IMG/VR virus record: IMGVR_UViG_3300046167_000798
DNA from: a virus
Taxonomy: Duplodnaviria; Caudoviricetes
Reading direction: 5' to 3' (one strand)
DNA length: 64,000 bases
Shown here: positions 11,865-21,589 of the stretch, piece by piece
How positions within the stretch are numbered: position 1 is the stretch's first letter
How the letters are laid out: each line of letters starts with the position of its first letter
Program-made: the position numbers and the translations under genes
The notes under the pieces: model-generated
What the model was told of the DNA's origin: nothing
What the model saw: the letters and a program-made list of their open reading frames with translations, nothing else
Database searches by the model: none

Positions 11865-13096
11865 ATCGGCTCACCAAAAGTTTTATCTTTATTTTCTTCT
11901 GAGTTCTTTAAAGTTTCTTCTGAGTACTGATTTTGGTTATGTTCTGTGTTCTTTACTGTTCCTGCTCCACCACTATTAGGTCTTTTTGCCATTTCCATAC
12001 CAATACAACCTTTGTAGGTTAATCCTTTTGATATTAAGAAATCTCCCATAGGGTTTGTAATTTCTTTCCAATCTTTACCACCTTTACCACTTGTGAATAC
12101 ATCAGCGATATTAATTGCCATTAAACCACCTTTTTTAATTGTTGGTATAATCTTTTCTAATGATTTATGTAGGAAATGTTTATTCCAAGCATCTATTTCT
12201 TTATATCTTATCCAACTTTGAGTATCATCATCACCATACCTTTCTACATTAAAGTAAGGAGGTGAAGTAAATACCAAATCAAAGTAATCTTGATAATCTG
12301 AATAATCAAAATCTTCTGCTGGTGATTGGTAAAAGTTTGTTTTAGTTGGGTTCTCAAAGAACGAAGTATGTTTTCTATAAAAATCAGCTTGTTCTATATA
12401 AATTGGATGATTTTCTTTACGAGGGTCTAACCCTACATAGTGTTCTATTGTTTCACTTGCAAATGCTCCACTTAATCTATCACCCCAACCCATTGAGAAA
12501 TCTAACATAGTTTTACTACCTAGATATTCTGTAAGAGCCTTAGTAACATTTGGTTTGTGTTGAGAAGCAATATACTTTCTTAATCCAATCATTATTCTTA
12601 ATTCCTTTTTACCAACTTGTGTTAGTTTTAAAGAATATGCCGCTCCCATTAAAGATATCATAAAAGGTCTTGTTCTCCAAGTTCTGGCCGGACCAGGATA
12701 ACCTGATGAACATATACTCCATCTGTTTCTCTCTTGAAAGAAATTAGATGAAAGGTTACCTAAGTTATATCTTTTGAATAAAATCTGTTTACCCTCATAT
12801 GTAAGTGGATATTTAGATTCTCTTGATTTTCTTGGAAACCATTCTTCTTCTTTTAATAACTCATTGTACCGAATACCTTTGAGTTTCATATAATCATCTC
12901 TGGCATCTTCGATGGTGTACTTATCAGTTGCATAAGGAAGTGGATACTTCATAAACAAATCAGCCAACATTTCCTTTACTTGGTCTTTTGGATATGATTC
13001 TTTTAAAGTTTCCCAATCCTCAGGTGATATGGTAGGGTATTCTCCATCATAAGTACCCTTTTCATATTTAGATAATATATCTTCTGCGTTTGTCAT
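11846..13096 (-). CDS. Second amino DNA methyltransferase
   Basis: LDFSMGWGDR and VFTSPPYF, same motif order as 4791..6428. Confidence 0.78.
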   Translation of the reverse strand: MTNAEDILSKYEKGTYDGEYPTISPEDWETLKESYPKDQVKEMLADLFMKYPLPYATDKYTIEDARDDYMKLKGIRYNELLKEEEWFPRKSRESKYPLTYEGKQILFKRYNLGNLSSNFFQERNRWSICSSGYPGPARTWRTRPFMISLMGAAYSLKLTQVGKKELRIMIGLRKYIASQHKPNVTKALTEYLGSKTMLDFSMGWGDRLSGAFASETIEHYVGLDPRKENHPIYIEQADFYRKHTSFFENPTKTNFYQSPAEDFDYSDYQDYFDLVFTSPPYFNVERYGDDDTQSWIRYKEIDAWNKHFLHKSLEKIIPTIKKGGLMAINIADVFTSGKGGKDWKEITNPMGDFLISKGLTYKGCIGMEMAKRPNSGGAGTVKNTEHNQNQYSEETLKNSEENKDKTFGEPIWIFEK

Positions 13097-13145
13097 AAGT
13101 TGTTGATACTCAGTTAGTTATAAGTCATTGATACTCAGTTAGTTA
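13096..13145. repeat. Two tandem 25-bp imperfect palindromes
   Basis: TAAGTTGTTGATACTCAGTTAGTTA and TAAGTCATTGATACTCAGTTAGTTA, 23/25 identical. Confidence 0.85.
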
Positions 13146-13579
13146 CTATATGTTTTTACTGCATTTCTATGAATTTCTAAAACTTCTTCTCTTAATAGAT
13201 TTTCAGATTCCCATCCTTCTTCTTTTTCTTTTCTAAATTTATAAACTAAAGATAAAGTTTTACAAATCCATTCATACAATTCTCCTTTACTTAATTCTTC
13301 CCAAATTAACTTTTTTCTGGCTTGTGTTATTATATCTTTTACAGGTATAATATGCTCTCGTAAAAGTTCTTCTTGAATATAATTTGGCCTGAAATAATTT
13401 TCTCTATATTTTTGATACACCATAGTAGATACTGGAAATCTTAGATTAAATTTAGTTTCCATTTTACTATGAAGTTTTCTAAGAGAATCATTCAAATCAT
13501 CATTATCAATTATATCCCCATCAATTTGAGCTTTTAAATTAATATAAAAAGAAGATGATAATTCTGAATAGTTATACAT
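13139..13579 (-). CDS. Hypothetical protein with EHIIP (HNH-like) motif
   Basis: 146-aa ORF containing LREHIIPVK. Confidence 0.6.
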   Translation of the reverse strand: MYNYSELSSSFYINLKAQIDGDIIDNDDLNDSLRKLHSKMETKFNLRFPVSTMVYQKYRENYFRPNYIQEELLREHIIPVKDIITQARKKLIWEELSKGELYEWICKTLSLVYKFRKEKEEGWESENLLREEVLEIHRNAVKTYSN

Positions 13580-14733
13580 TTGGTTTTAATATTTGTCCTT
13601 CTTCAGTATTCTTTTGTCCAATAAATCCAGCAACCTTAATTCTTTCTTTTGAACTTGGATGAATAGCCGATAAACATTCATTTAAATTTTCCATCATAGT
13701 CTTTCTATTCTTATCAATATTCTTTTCAGTTGGTGTATGTCCTGAATGTATTCCTAAAAACAATATCCATTTGATAGTATCACCATTTAATATCTCTTGT
13801 TGAATTTGTTTCGATATGTGCATTACAAAACGGTCAATAGATGAACTATATATGTAAAATGGTTTATATAACTCAGTATCATCTTCAAAAACTTCTTGAG
13901 GAATTACTTTGTTTGAATCAGCAAATTTAAGTCCTCCATTAATAGTTTGTCCTTTCCATACTCCCTCACCATCATATATCGAATCAAACCACTCTGTGGC
14001 TTCTTCTGTTGTAGTTACAACACTACAAAATTTAGATGGTGTATTCTTACCGAGTAAAGAATTAATCAGTTTAGACCACTTTCTTACATCAGGTCTTTTC
14101 CCATATTCTTTTAAAATTGTTTGTAAATGTACTTCAAGAGTTACTCCCATCTGATTTTCACTAAGTTTGGAAGTGATTTCAGATTCTTTAAATCCTTCTT
14201 CTTCATACTCAGAATACAAATCATTCCAAGAATCTTTTGCTCTTCTTAGATTTAGTTCTATATCAGAATCTTTTATTGGGTTTTCAGTAGTTCTATCCGC
14301 TATCCTATTCTCAAGTCCTTTTAATCTCAGTTTAATAGCTTGAACTTCTTTATCTGATAAATGTTTATCAAATTTAACTTCAGCAAAAGGAGGATTATAT
14401 CCTATTTCTGTTGATGAAAAAGCCTTAGTATGAAACCCTAAAAACTCTTGATACTTATTACCTTGAGAATCATAAGAAGTACAGTATAATCCTGCTGGAT
14501 ATTGAGGATTCCATCCTCCATCTAACTTAAAATCATTTTGGAATCTTTTTACACGCTTCCTTATAATCTTCGTTATTTGAAGTTTTTTTAGCTCTTACTG
14601 CATTTTTTAATCGTTTTACATCAGTAATGGAGATAAATTCAATATCTCCTATTGTAATCCTACCAGAATCTACAAATGCATCAGCAAACTTTGGTAAGAA
14701 ATACTCTTCTTTTTTAAATTTTTGTACTATCAT
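13572..14733 (-). CDS. ParB/Srx-like domain protein (~386 aa, one inserted base at ~14550-14590)
   Basis: The frame is open from ~14550 into the 13572..14219 ORF. Loose ParB-like pattern NAVR..FQNDFKLDGGWNPQYP..LGFH..EN..PIKDSDI. Confidence 0.55.
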
Positions 14734-14784
14734 TATTTTTAGTGTGTTTTACGTTTAATTTTCGAGTGTATTATCACTCATTTA

Positions 14785-14816
14785 CAAATATACGAAAATT
14801 ATTTCAATTAGGCCAA
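14785..14816 (-). promoter_or_regulatory. Bacteroidota-type early promoter (ParB-like operon)
   Basis: TTG-N21-TATATTTG. Confidence 0.75.
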
Positions 14817-14828
14817 GCCTTTTATCAA

Positions 14829-15605
14829 TTATTTTCCTACATTCCAAAACTAATGCTCCTTCTGAAGCATGTTCCTTTTATAAATTCCCAAGCCTTACTA
14901 TCATATGTAAGTGAAGATGGGAATGGAGGTCTTTCTGCGTTCTTTACATTCTTGATTGAATTTGTATTTTGATAAGAATGTTTCAGCTCTACCCCTTTCT
15001 CTTTCTGTTGTGTTGTGACCAATTCTAACCCCATATACTTTGGCATCAGGCCACGCAAGTTGTAAACCTCTCGATAATACTCCACTACTCATTACAGTCC
15101 AAACCTCTTTAGGAGGTTCTATATCAAGTGAGAGGGCAGTATTTTTCATTGCCTCTATTATTATCGGGTGGTCACCACCAAATGGAATCAATTGAGAACC
15201 TTCATTCTCTTCAACATAATATCTTGCCTTCGCTTGAATATTAGTAAGATATCCCATTGGTACTTCAATGATATTACAACCTAAACGAATTGCCTCTGTT
15301 GTTAACCAATTATGTTTTCCTTTTGGAACAGTTACAGTTGCCTTCTTACCCAAATCATGACAAGCATATGCCAATGATAATTGAGCATAACCTTCTCTTG
15401 GTGAGGCATAAACCCATTCTTGAACACTAGGAAAAGATTCAACGAATACATTGAATGCTCTTCTCTTAGTTCCACCATCTAATAAATCATCTCTAACTAC
15501 TTTAATACCATCGTGTTCTATAATGATGGGTTTAGGTAATTTAATAGATGATTCTCCAACTGATTTGAAATCAAAAAATTCTAACTCTTTCAAATGTGTG
15601 TCCAA
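14829..15605 (-). CDS. PLP-dependent fold-II enzyme, ACC deaminase / cysteine desulfhydrase-like (~257 aa, three inserted bases near the 3' end)
   Basis: VVRDDLLDGGTKRR (PLP lysine), VMSSGVL. Corrected end reads PPFPSSLTYDSKAWEFIKEHASEGAL.WNVGK. Confidence 0.8.
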
Positions 15606-15793
15606 GTTTTACGTTTCACAATCTCTTCAATATTCCATGTACTAACTTTGAAGTTTCTAGCAATAACATTTGTAGAGAATCCTTGTTTTGCTAATTCTCT
15701 TATCTGTTTAACTTGCTCTGAAGTTAATTTAGAACGAGGGTGTGATTCACCTCTCAGTCTATTACTGAAAAACCAAAGTTCATCTATATTCAT
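15590..15793 (-). CDS. Stand-alone DNA-binding tail of HNH homing endonuclease type
   Basis: RGESHPRSKLTSEQVKQIR...IARNFKVS..IEEIVKRKTWTHI, with no nuclease domain. Confidence 0.7.
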   Translation of the reverse strand: MNIDELWFFSNRLRGESHPRSKLTSEQVKQIRELAKQGFSTNVIARNFKVSTWNIEEIVKRKTWTHI

Positions 15794-15798
15794 TAAAT

Positions 15799-16446
15799 TT
15801 ATTTTCTTTGTTCATCTCTTTCAATCAAAGTACTCATATGGTCTGCAAAATGTAGAACATGACCTATATTACTTCGTTGAGCCTTTTTGATATCAAAGGT
15901 CTTTAGATATTTCATATTATCTTCATCGTAAATACCATCAGTAAGTTTAATTCCAAAGAATTCTTTTTCTGAGTATTTTAAATCATATTGAGATAATAGA
16001 TAAAATGTTCTATCAGTATGAGTCATATAACTGATATCATCATTCCAAGTATAAACATCACCTCTATTTTTTCGGTGCCATTCTGATTCTTGAATTTTGT
16101 AAGCCATATTTCCTCGTTCACCTAACTTTCCTAAATCGTGGTGAAATGCTGAAAATAATAACTCTTCTTGTGTGAAATCCACAATACCACCAGCTTCTTT
16201 ATAAAGTTTTAACATACGAAGTGAGTTTCTAGCCACATTCATAACATGGTCGATATACCCACCTTCATAAGCATTGTGGTAGTTTACATTTCCACTCGCT
16301 GGTGATAACATTAGGTTTGGTCCTAATTCTTCCATCGAGTACATATGGAGTAATTTTTCTAATCGTTCTCCATCAAACGATTTTTTAAGTGCCTCGATAA
16401 ACTTATTATAGTTCTCTTCGAGTTGAACTTCATTGTAACGATTCAT
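15799..16446 (-). CDS. HD-domain phosphohydrolase
   Basis: HNAYEGGYIDH, FHHDLGK, HFADH. Confidence 0.85.
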   Translation of the reverse strand: MNRYNEVQLEENYNKFIEALKKSFDGERLEKLLHMYSMEELGPNLMLSPASGNVNYHNAYEGGYIDHVMNVARNSLRMLKLYKEAGGIVDFTQEELLFSAFHHDLGKLGERGNMAYKIQESEWHRKNRGDVYTWNDDISYMTHTDRTFYLLSQYDLKYSEKEFFGIKLTDGIYDEDNMKYLKTFDIKKAQRSNIGHVLHFADHMSTLIERDEQRK

Positions 16447-16464
16447 TTTAATTAATTTTATGTT

Positions 16465-16704
16465 TTATTCTACTCTCTCAATTGGTACTGTGATTAACAC
16501 ATAACTATCGGTTTGAGGATGTTTTTGTGTAAAATCACAAAATGTTTCTAACTTCATCTTAAATGCAGTTTCAACATCTATATAGTATAGAACTTGAGAG
16601 CCATCCATACTACTTAACTTTTTACTTTTGTTAAATGGAATCTTTGGAGTTCCTTTTAACTTTACTTCTTTGTCATCTTTGTGTACAAATTTAATTCCTG
16701 CCAT
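16465..16704 (-). CDS. Hypothetical protein
   Basis: 79-aa ORF directly after an early promoter. Confidence 0.65.
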   Translation of the reverse strand: MAGIKFVHKDDKEVKLKGTPKIPFNKSKKLSSMDGSQVLYYIDVETAFKMKLETFCDFTQKHPQTDSYVLITVPIERVE

Positions 16705-16725
16705 ATAATTTATTTATTTGTTATA

Positions 16726-16756
16726 CAAATATACGAAAAAAAATCGATATATCCAA
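16726..16756 (-). promoter_or_regulatory. Bacteroidota-type early promoter
   Basis: TTG-N20-TATATTTG. Confidence 0.8.
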
Positions 16757-16761
16757 ATTAT

Positions 16762-17025
16762 TTACGATAAATTTTCATTTAAAGCATTTGTATAAGCCAA
16801 TTCTGATTGAACTCCTACCATTCTTTGTACTTCAACACCATCTTTTTCGATGATTACTGTTGGTACAGAACGTACATGATACTTTTGAGCCACTTCGAAT
16901 TGTGAATCAATATCCACATTTTGAAAGTTAACACTTGAAAATTTATTTTTAACGTTTTCCATTAGAGGTGTTAGAACCTTACAAGGTCCACACCATTCTG
17001 CATAAAACTTCTTTACTTCTACCAT
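16762..17025 (-). CDS. trxA: Thioredoxin
   Basis: WCGPC and VRSVPT. Confidence 0.95.
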   Translation of the reverse strand: MVEVKKFYAEWCGPCKVLTPLMENVKNKFSSVNFQNVDIDSQFEVAQKYHVRSVPTVIIEKDGVEVQRMVGVQSELAYTNALNENLS

Positions 17026-17053
17026 TTTAATTTCTCCTATTATTAATTAATTG

Positions 17054-18838
17054 TTATCCATCACACGCAACACAATCAGGGTCAACTGCTCTTGTTGCGA
17101 TATCACCTCTAAGAACAGATTCAGTTCTCATATAATACAACGTTTTAATTCCTTGTTTCCAAGCTTCCATAGTTACTTGGTTAATCCATTTCGGTGATGC
17201 AATGGAAGGGAATGCTAAATTTAATGAAACTCCTTGGTCAATGTATTGTTGTCTTACACCAGCTTGTTTAACTAAATCCATTTGATTGATTTCTTTGAAA
17301 GTTCTGAAAACATCTTTAACAGGATAAATCTTATCTCTATCTCCATTTTCGATTTCATTACAAAGTAACATTTTACCATCTAAGTAACACCACTTATCAA
17401 GTTCTTTAATACCTTGAACAGAACCACCATCGGACATTATCTGGTCCCATGTTTCTTTATTATTGATACCTGCTTTTCTTAAAACCTTTACTAACTCATT
17501 GTTCTTTCTAATGAAAGTTCCTTTTGCAGTTTGTTCGGTGAATACATTCGCCGCCCAAGGTTCAATACCAGCAGATACGTTTCCAGCTAATTTAGAGTTA
17601 CTAACTGTTGGAGCAACTGCTCTTAAGTGAGTGTTTCTAAATCCACTTTCTCTACACCAAAGAGGTTCACCCATTTCAGATGCCATATCTCTTGATGCTC
17701 TTTCTGATTCTATCTTTAACTGAGAAAAAATCTTACGAGTTTCAAATTGAGCCTCCATACCTTCAAATGGAACACCATTTTGTTGTAGGTAAGTGTGCCA
17801 TCCTAAAACTCCCAATCCTAATGCTCTACCCTTTTCAGCAGATGCAACAGAGTTTTCGAATCCTCTCATATTTTTAGCCTTTTGAATAAACTCAGAAAGT
17901 ACTCCATCTAAGAACCAAGTTGCTGTATAAACTAAATCAGTATCTCTCCACTCGTTGTATTTAGCAAGATTTACTGATGATAAACAACAAACAAATGAAT
18001 GGTTCTCATCTGTATGTAAAGTAATTTCAGAACATATGTTTGTCATATGAACTTTTAATCCATTTTTTTTGTACATTTCAGGATTAGCTTTATTGATATT
18101 CCCTTTGTACATGATGTATGGTTCACCAGTTGCTTTTCTTTTTTGTAGTAATTTTCCCCACTTTCTTCTCGCATCAGGTTCTCCTTGTTCGAGTTTTCTC
18201 ATAAACTTATCACCTACAACTGCACATTGATGTAAGTTAAGTGATTGTCTATTTACATCTCCTTTAGGTTCTCTGATTTCTAACCACTCTTCGAAATCTT
18301 GGTGGTCAATATTAAGGTTAACTGAAGCAGCTCCCCTTCTTACTGAACCTTGGTTAGTTGCAAGTATTGTAGAATCGTATATCTTAGCAAATGGTACTAC
18401 ACCATCAGATGTTCCATTTCCACTAATTACAGAACCGGCTGGTCTGATTTGGTTTATTCCAATACCAACACCACCACCATGTTTTGCAAGTAACATCAAT
18501 TCTAAGTTCTTATTTCCAATATCATATATAGAATCAGCAACATCAATACCAAAACAAGATATAGGTAATCCTCTATCAGTACCAGTATTTGAAAGTACAG
18601 GAGTTGCAAGATTTAACCAACCTTTCCAAATATAATCGAAGAATTTAGTTGCCATCTGAGGTTTGTTTAACCTTTGAGCTACTCTTGTTGCAACTCTCCA
18701 ATACGCATCTTTTGGTTTTTCACCTGGTAACAAATATCCTTTTGATATTGTTTTAACATATATTTCTGTATTTGCCCATGAAGGGAAATCTACATCAAGT
18801 TCCCAACCTAAATCTGCTCCGTAGTTTGTTTTTGCCAT
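17054..18838 (-). CDS. nrdA: Class Ia ribonucleotide reductase alpha subunit, no ATP cone
   Basis: ISCF, TNICSEI, APTVSNS, TLYYMR, C-terminal CVAC. Confidence 0.95.
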   Translation of the reverse strand: MAKTNYGADLGWELDVDFPSWANTEIYVKTISKGYLLPGEKPKDAYWRVATRVAQRLNKPQMATKFFDYIWKGWLNLATPVLSNTGTDRGLPISCFGIDVADSIYDIGNKNLELMLLAKHGGGVGIGINQIRPAGSVISGNGTSDGVVPFAKIYDSTILATNQGSVRRGAASVNLNIDHQDFEEWLEIREPKGDVNRQSLNLHQCAVVGDKFMRKLEQGEPDARRKWGKLLQKRKATGEPYIMYKGNINKANPEMYKKNGLKVHMTNICSEITLHTDENHSFVCCLSSVNLAKYNEWRDTDLVYTATWFLDGVLSEFIQKAKNMRGFENSVASAEKGRALGLGVLGWHTYLQQNGVPFEGMEAQFETRKIFSQLKIESERASRDMASEMGEPLWCRESGFRNTHLRAVAPTVSNSKLAGNVSAGIEPWAANVFTEQTAKGTFIRKNNELVKVLRKAGINNKETWDQIMSDGGSVQGIKELDKWCYLDGKMLLCNEIENGDRDKIYPVKDVFRTFKEINQMDLVKQAGVRQQYIDQGVSLNLAFPSIASPKWINQVTMEAWKQGIKTLYYMRTESVLRGDIATRAVDPDCVACDG

Positions 18839-18839
18839 T

Positions 18840-19283
18840 TTATATTAAATCTTTTTTTATTTTTTCTTTGTAGGTGTTTTCATCTATAAAACTATAAGTT
18901 CCTAAAATTTCTTCACCCTTTTTAATTTTCCTAATTGCAAGACCAGTTAAACTATCAATATTACCTAAAAGGCCTTTAGTATTAATTAAAGACCTTGGGT
19001 TTGTAAACAAAAAATTAGAATTTTTTGTTAATATAAATCTAACATCAGAATCATCATCTATAATATCACTCCCAAAGGAACGAAGTATATAAAGTAATAC
19101 ATCTTCAGGAAGTTTTTTTGCCAGTTTTAGTTTTACACTATACCAACCTGTTTTACCTTCCCATTTTGGGAAAACTTCGTCTCCCTTTTCTATATCAGTT
19201 AAAGCAAATAACCCAATTCCATGAATTTTACTAGGTTTTGCACAACTTTTTATAGAGTTAGAAATATACTCAAGTACATTCAT
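18840..19283 (-). CDS. SET-domain protein
   Basis: SKIHGIGLFA..IEKG and AIRKIKKGEEILGTY. The NHS motif is degenerate (LINTK). Confidence 0.8.
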   Translation of the reverse strand: MNVLEYISNSIKSCAKPSKIHGIGLFALTDIEKGDEVFPKWEGKTGWYSVKLKLAKKLPEDVLLYILRSFGSDIIDDDSDVRFILTKNSNFLFTNPRSLINTKGLLGNIDSLTGLAIRKIKKGEEILGTYSFIDENTYKEKIKKDLI

Positions 19284-19292
19284 ACTCTTAGT

Positions 19293-20289
19293 TTAAAATA
19301 AATCTCCCCAATCTTCTCCTTCATTAGCCTTGCTATAATCAGTAGGTCTAACTGCAAAGAAATCAGTATGGGTTAATCCACCAGTTAAGTGATAGAACCA
19401 TTCTAATTTTTCTGCTTTGTTTTTATCGAATTCAAAAATAGATTCATACCCTAATTCTTGTAGTTTAGTATTTGTTCTTGCCTTTAATGAATTCTTTTAA
19501 ATCTTCTTTTTCAAGATTTTCCAAATCTCCTTGTTCAAAAATCATATCAATAAAGTTTGTTTCTAATTGTACAATTAGTTTTGATGCTTCAATAATTGAT
19601 TCTTTACATTCATCTAATAACTCAGGATATTCATCACACATATGTCTGAATAATTGACAACCCATTTTAGAATGTAGAGATTCATCTCTTACACTCCATT
19701 TCATTTGTTGTCCAATACCTTTTAATAGATTTCTCATTTGGAATGAGTAGAGTACTGCAAAGGAAGAGTAGAGCGATACTCCTTCAGCAAATGCTGAAAA
19801 TATCGCTAAGCTCCTACCTACTTCCTGTCTTGCTTTTGGATTTGTTGCCAAATCTTCATGTTTCCATTCTGCAGTAGTTGAAGTAAGGAGTTCAAACTTC
19901 TCAGCAACTGCAGGTTCGTGCAGAAATGCTGAAAAGTCATCTAATCCTAATGTTTCATTTAAGTATGAATATGCAGTAGCATGAATAGTTTCTTGAGAAC
20001 CGAACATCATAGCCATTTGTTTGATTTCGTGTTTCGGAAACCAATCAGTAACCATGTTAGTCCAATAATCAGAAACTGCACATTCAGTTTGAGCAAAACC
20101 AAGTAAGATATTCCCCACTAGATTTTTCTCAGCTGGGGTTAAACGTTCATTCCAATCCTTTACATCACCCTGCATCGGTATTTCTGTATGTAACCAAAAT
20201 GCTTGTGCCTGTTTTAACCAACCTTCTGTATAGTAGATTGGGTATTCGAATGGTTTAAATGGAATTCTTTCTTGAAATAGTTTGCTCAT
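19293..20289 (-). CDS. nrdB: Ribonucleotide reductase beta subunit (~331 aa, one inserted base at ~19483)
   Basis: QTECAV, ETIHATAY, AEGVSLYSSF, RDESLH. Corrected tail IKARTNTKLQELGY...HTDFFAVRPTDYSKANEGEDWGDLF*. Confidence 0.95.
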
Positions 20290-20298
20290 AGTAACTTA

Positions 20299-20469
20299 TT
20301 ATTTTGATTCTTCTACTGAAGCTTTTCTGTAATCTGTTACTAGTTTCTTAACTTCACCAATTGCTTTTCTTGCTCTTGATTTAGCTGCTTTTGAACCACC
20401 ATTGTGTTCTGTTTCAAATTGAACGAATAAATCTTTAATCTGTTCAAATAGTTCTTGTGAATTTGCCAT
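20299..20469 (-). CDS. Histone H1-like (Hc1 family) nucleoid protein, 56 aa
   Basis: MANSQELF...GSKAAKSRARKAIGEVKKLVTDYRKAS. The ATG at 20469 is preferred over the ORF-track start. Confidence 0.75.
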   Translation of the reverse strand: MANSQELFEQIKDLFVQFETEHNGGSKAAKSRARKAIGEVKKLVTDYRKASVEESK

Positions 20470-20617
20470 AAAATATTTAATTATTAATTGTTTTGAAGTG
20501 ACCAATCATTTGGTCGTGTTTATAATTATAGTATATATTGAAAAACGAAATGATTTTTTTCATAATTTTTTTATCTTTTTCATTTTGTTATACTAAGTTA
20601 TTCTTTTTTAATGTGTG

Positions 20618-21589
20618 TTATAATTTTTTGATACACTTATCTAGTATATTTTTATTAGGTGTAGAATTAATATCAATCCCAAATTTGCCTGTATAATCAC
20701 AAGCTAATTCACTCCATGTAGATAATGATGTTTTAAATAATTCTCTAGTATTAGATAAACAATACAGGTCTAAAAAGTTCTTTGTATGTAATTCTAATGG
20801 AATTTCCCAACTAGATAATAAATCATAAAATTGATTTTTAAAAATCAAATTATCAGGATATCTATCAATCCATCTTTGAAAATCATTATCGTGTAAATCA
20901 TGAGAAATATAAAATTTTTGATTTGGACTTTTTTCTAATATCAAATCTATCTTTTCAAAATAAACTTCATCTTTAATAAAATCAAATTGATAAAATTTCC
21001 AAGCTGGCATATCTTTTACTTTTAATCTAATATACTCAGAAAGTATATCATGATTCCAACCTTCAAATAAATTTAAATCAATTGAATTTCCATTATTTAT
21101 TTTTACACCTCTACCTCTTCTAATATGAATACCAATACTGTTCTTAACAATATCTCTTATATCTTTATTTATATCCTTATGCTTAAACTGTAAGTTATTA
21201 ATAAATCTTTTTGTATAGTTTGATGAGAAATCAGAAATTTGTCTTTGTGTAAAATCTGTATAATAATTCTTATCTTCTAATTTTAACTTACCATTTACAA
21301 TATCTTGAACCATTTCATCAGTAATTGGTAAGTATTCATCAAAGTTAATTGTATCTGTTCTTAATACTGTTGTATTTTCTAATTCAAAACAGTTATTGGT
21401 TTCAGGATTTTGTTGAATATCAATAATAACTTCAAATTTATCATCATGTATATGATTTATAATTTTTAGTAATTCCCAACACAATAAACGATTACATAAT
21501 CCTGTATCATTTAATTGGTCTTCTCCATAGATTTCATCCAATGGTCTATAAATTCCTCTATTATTTAAATCTGCTACAACTAATTTCAT
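20618..21589 (-). CDS. GT11/GT23-like fucosyltransferase-type glycosyltransferase
   Basis: IGIHIRRG, FYISHD, DLYCLS...STWS motifs. Confidence 0.65.
   Translation of the reverse strand: MKLVVADLNNRGIYRPLDEIYGEDQLNDTGLCNRLLCWELLKIINHIHDDKFEVIIDIQQNPETNNCFELENTTVLRTDTINFDEYLPITDEMVQDIVNGKLKLEDKNYYTDFTQRQISDFSSNYTKRFINNLQFKHKDINKDIRDIVKNSIGIHIRRGRGVKINNGNSIDLNLFEGWNHDILSEYIRLKVKDMPAWKFYQFDFIKDEVYFEKIDLILEKSPNQKFYISHDLHDNDFQRWIDRYPDNLIFKNQFYDLLSSWEIPLELHTKNFLDLYCLSNTRELFKTSLSTWSELACDYTGKFGIDINSTPNKNILDKCIKKL

Noticed and set aside
15590-15793. Active homing endonuclease
   Set aside because: Only the DNA-binding tail is present, with no HNH catalytic motif.
20529-20547. Upstream CGTTTT-N13 element of the late promoter (also at 50164-50169)
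   Set aside because: Present at only two of about a dozen sites.
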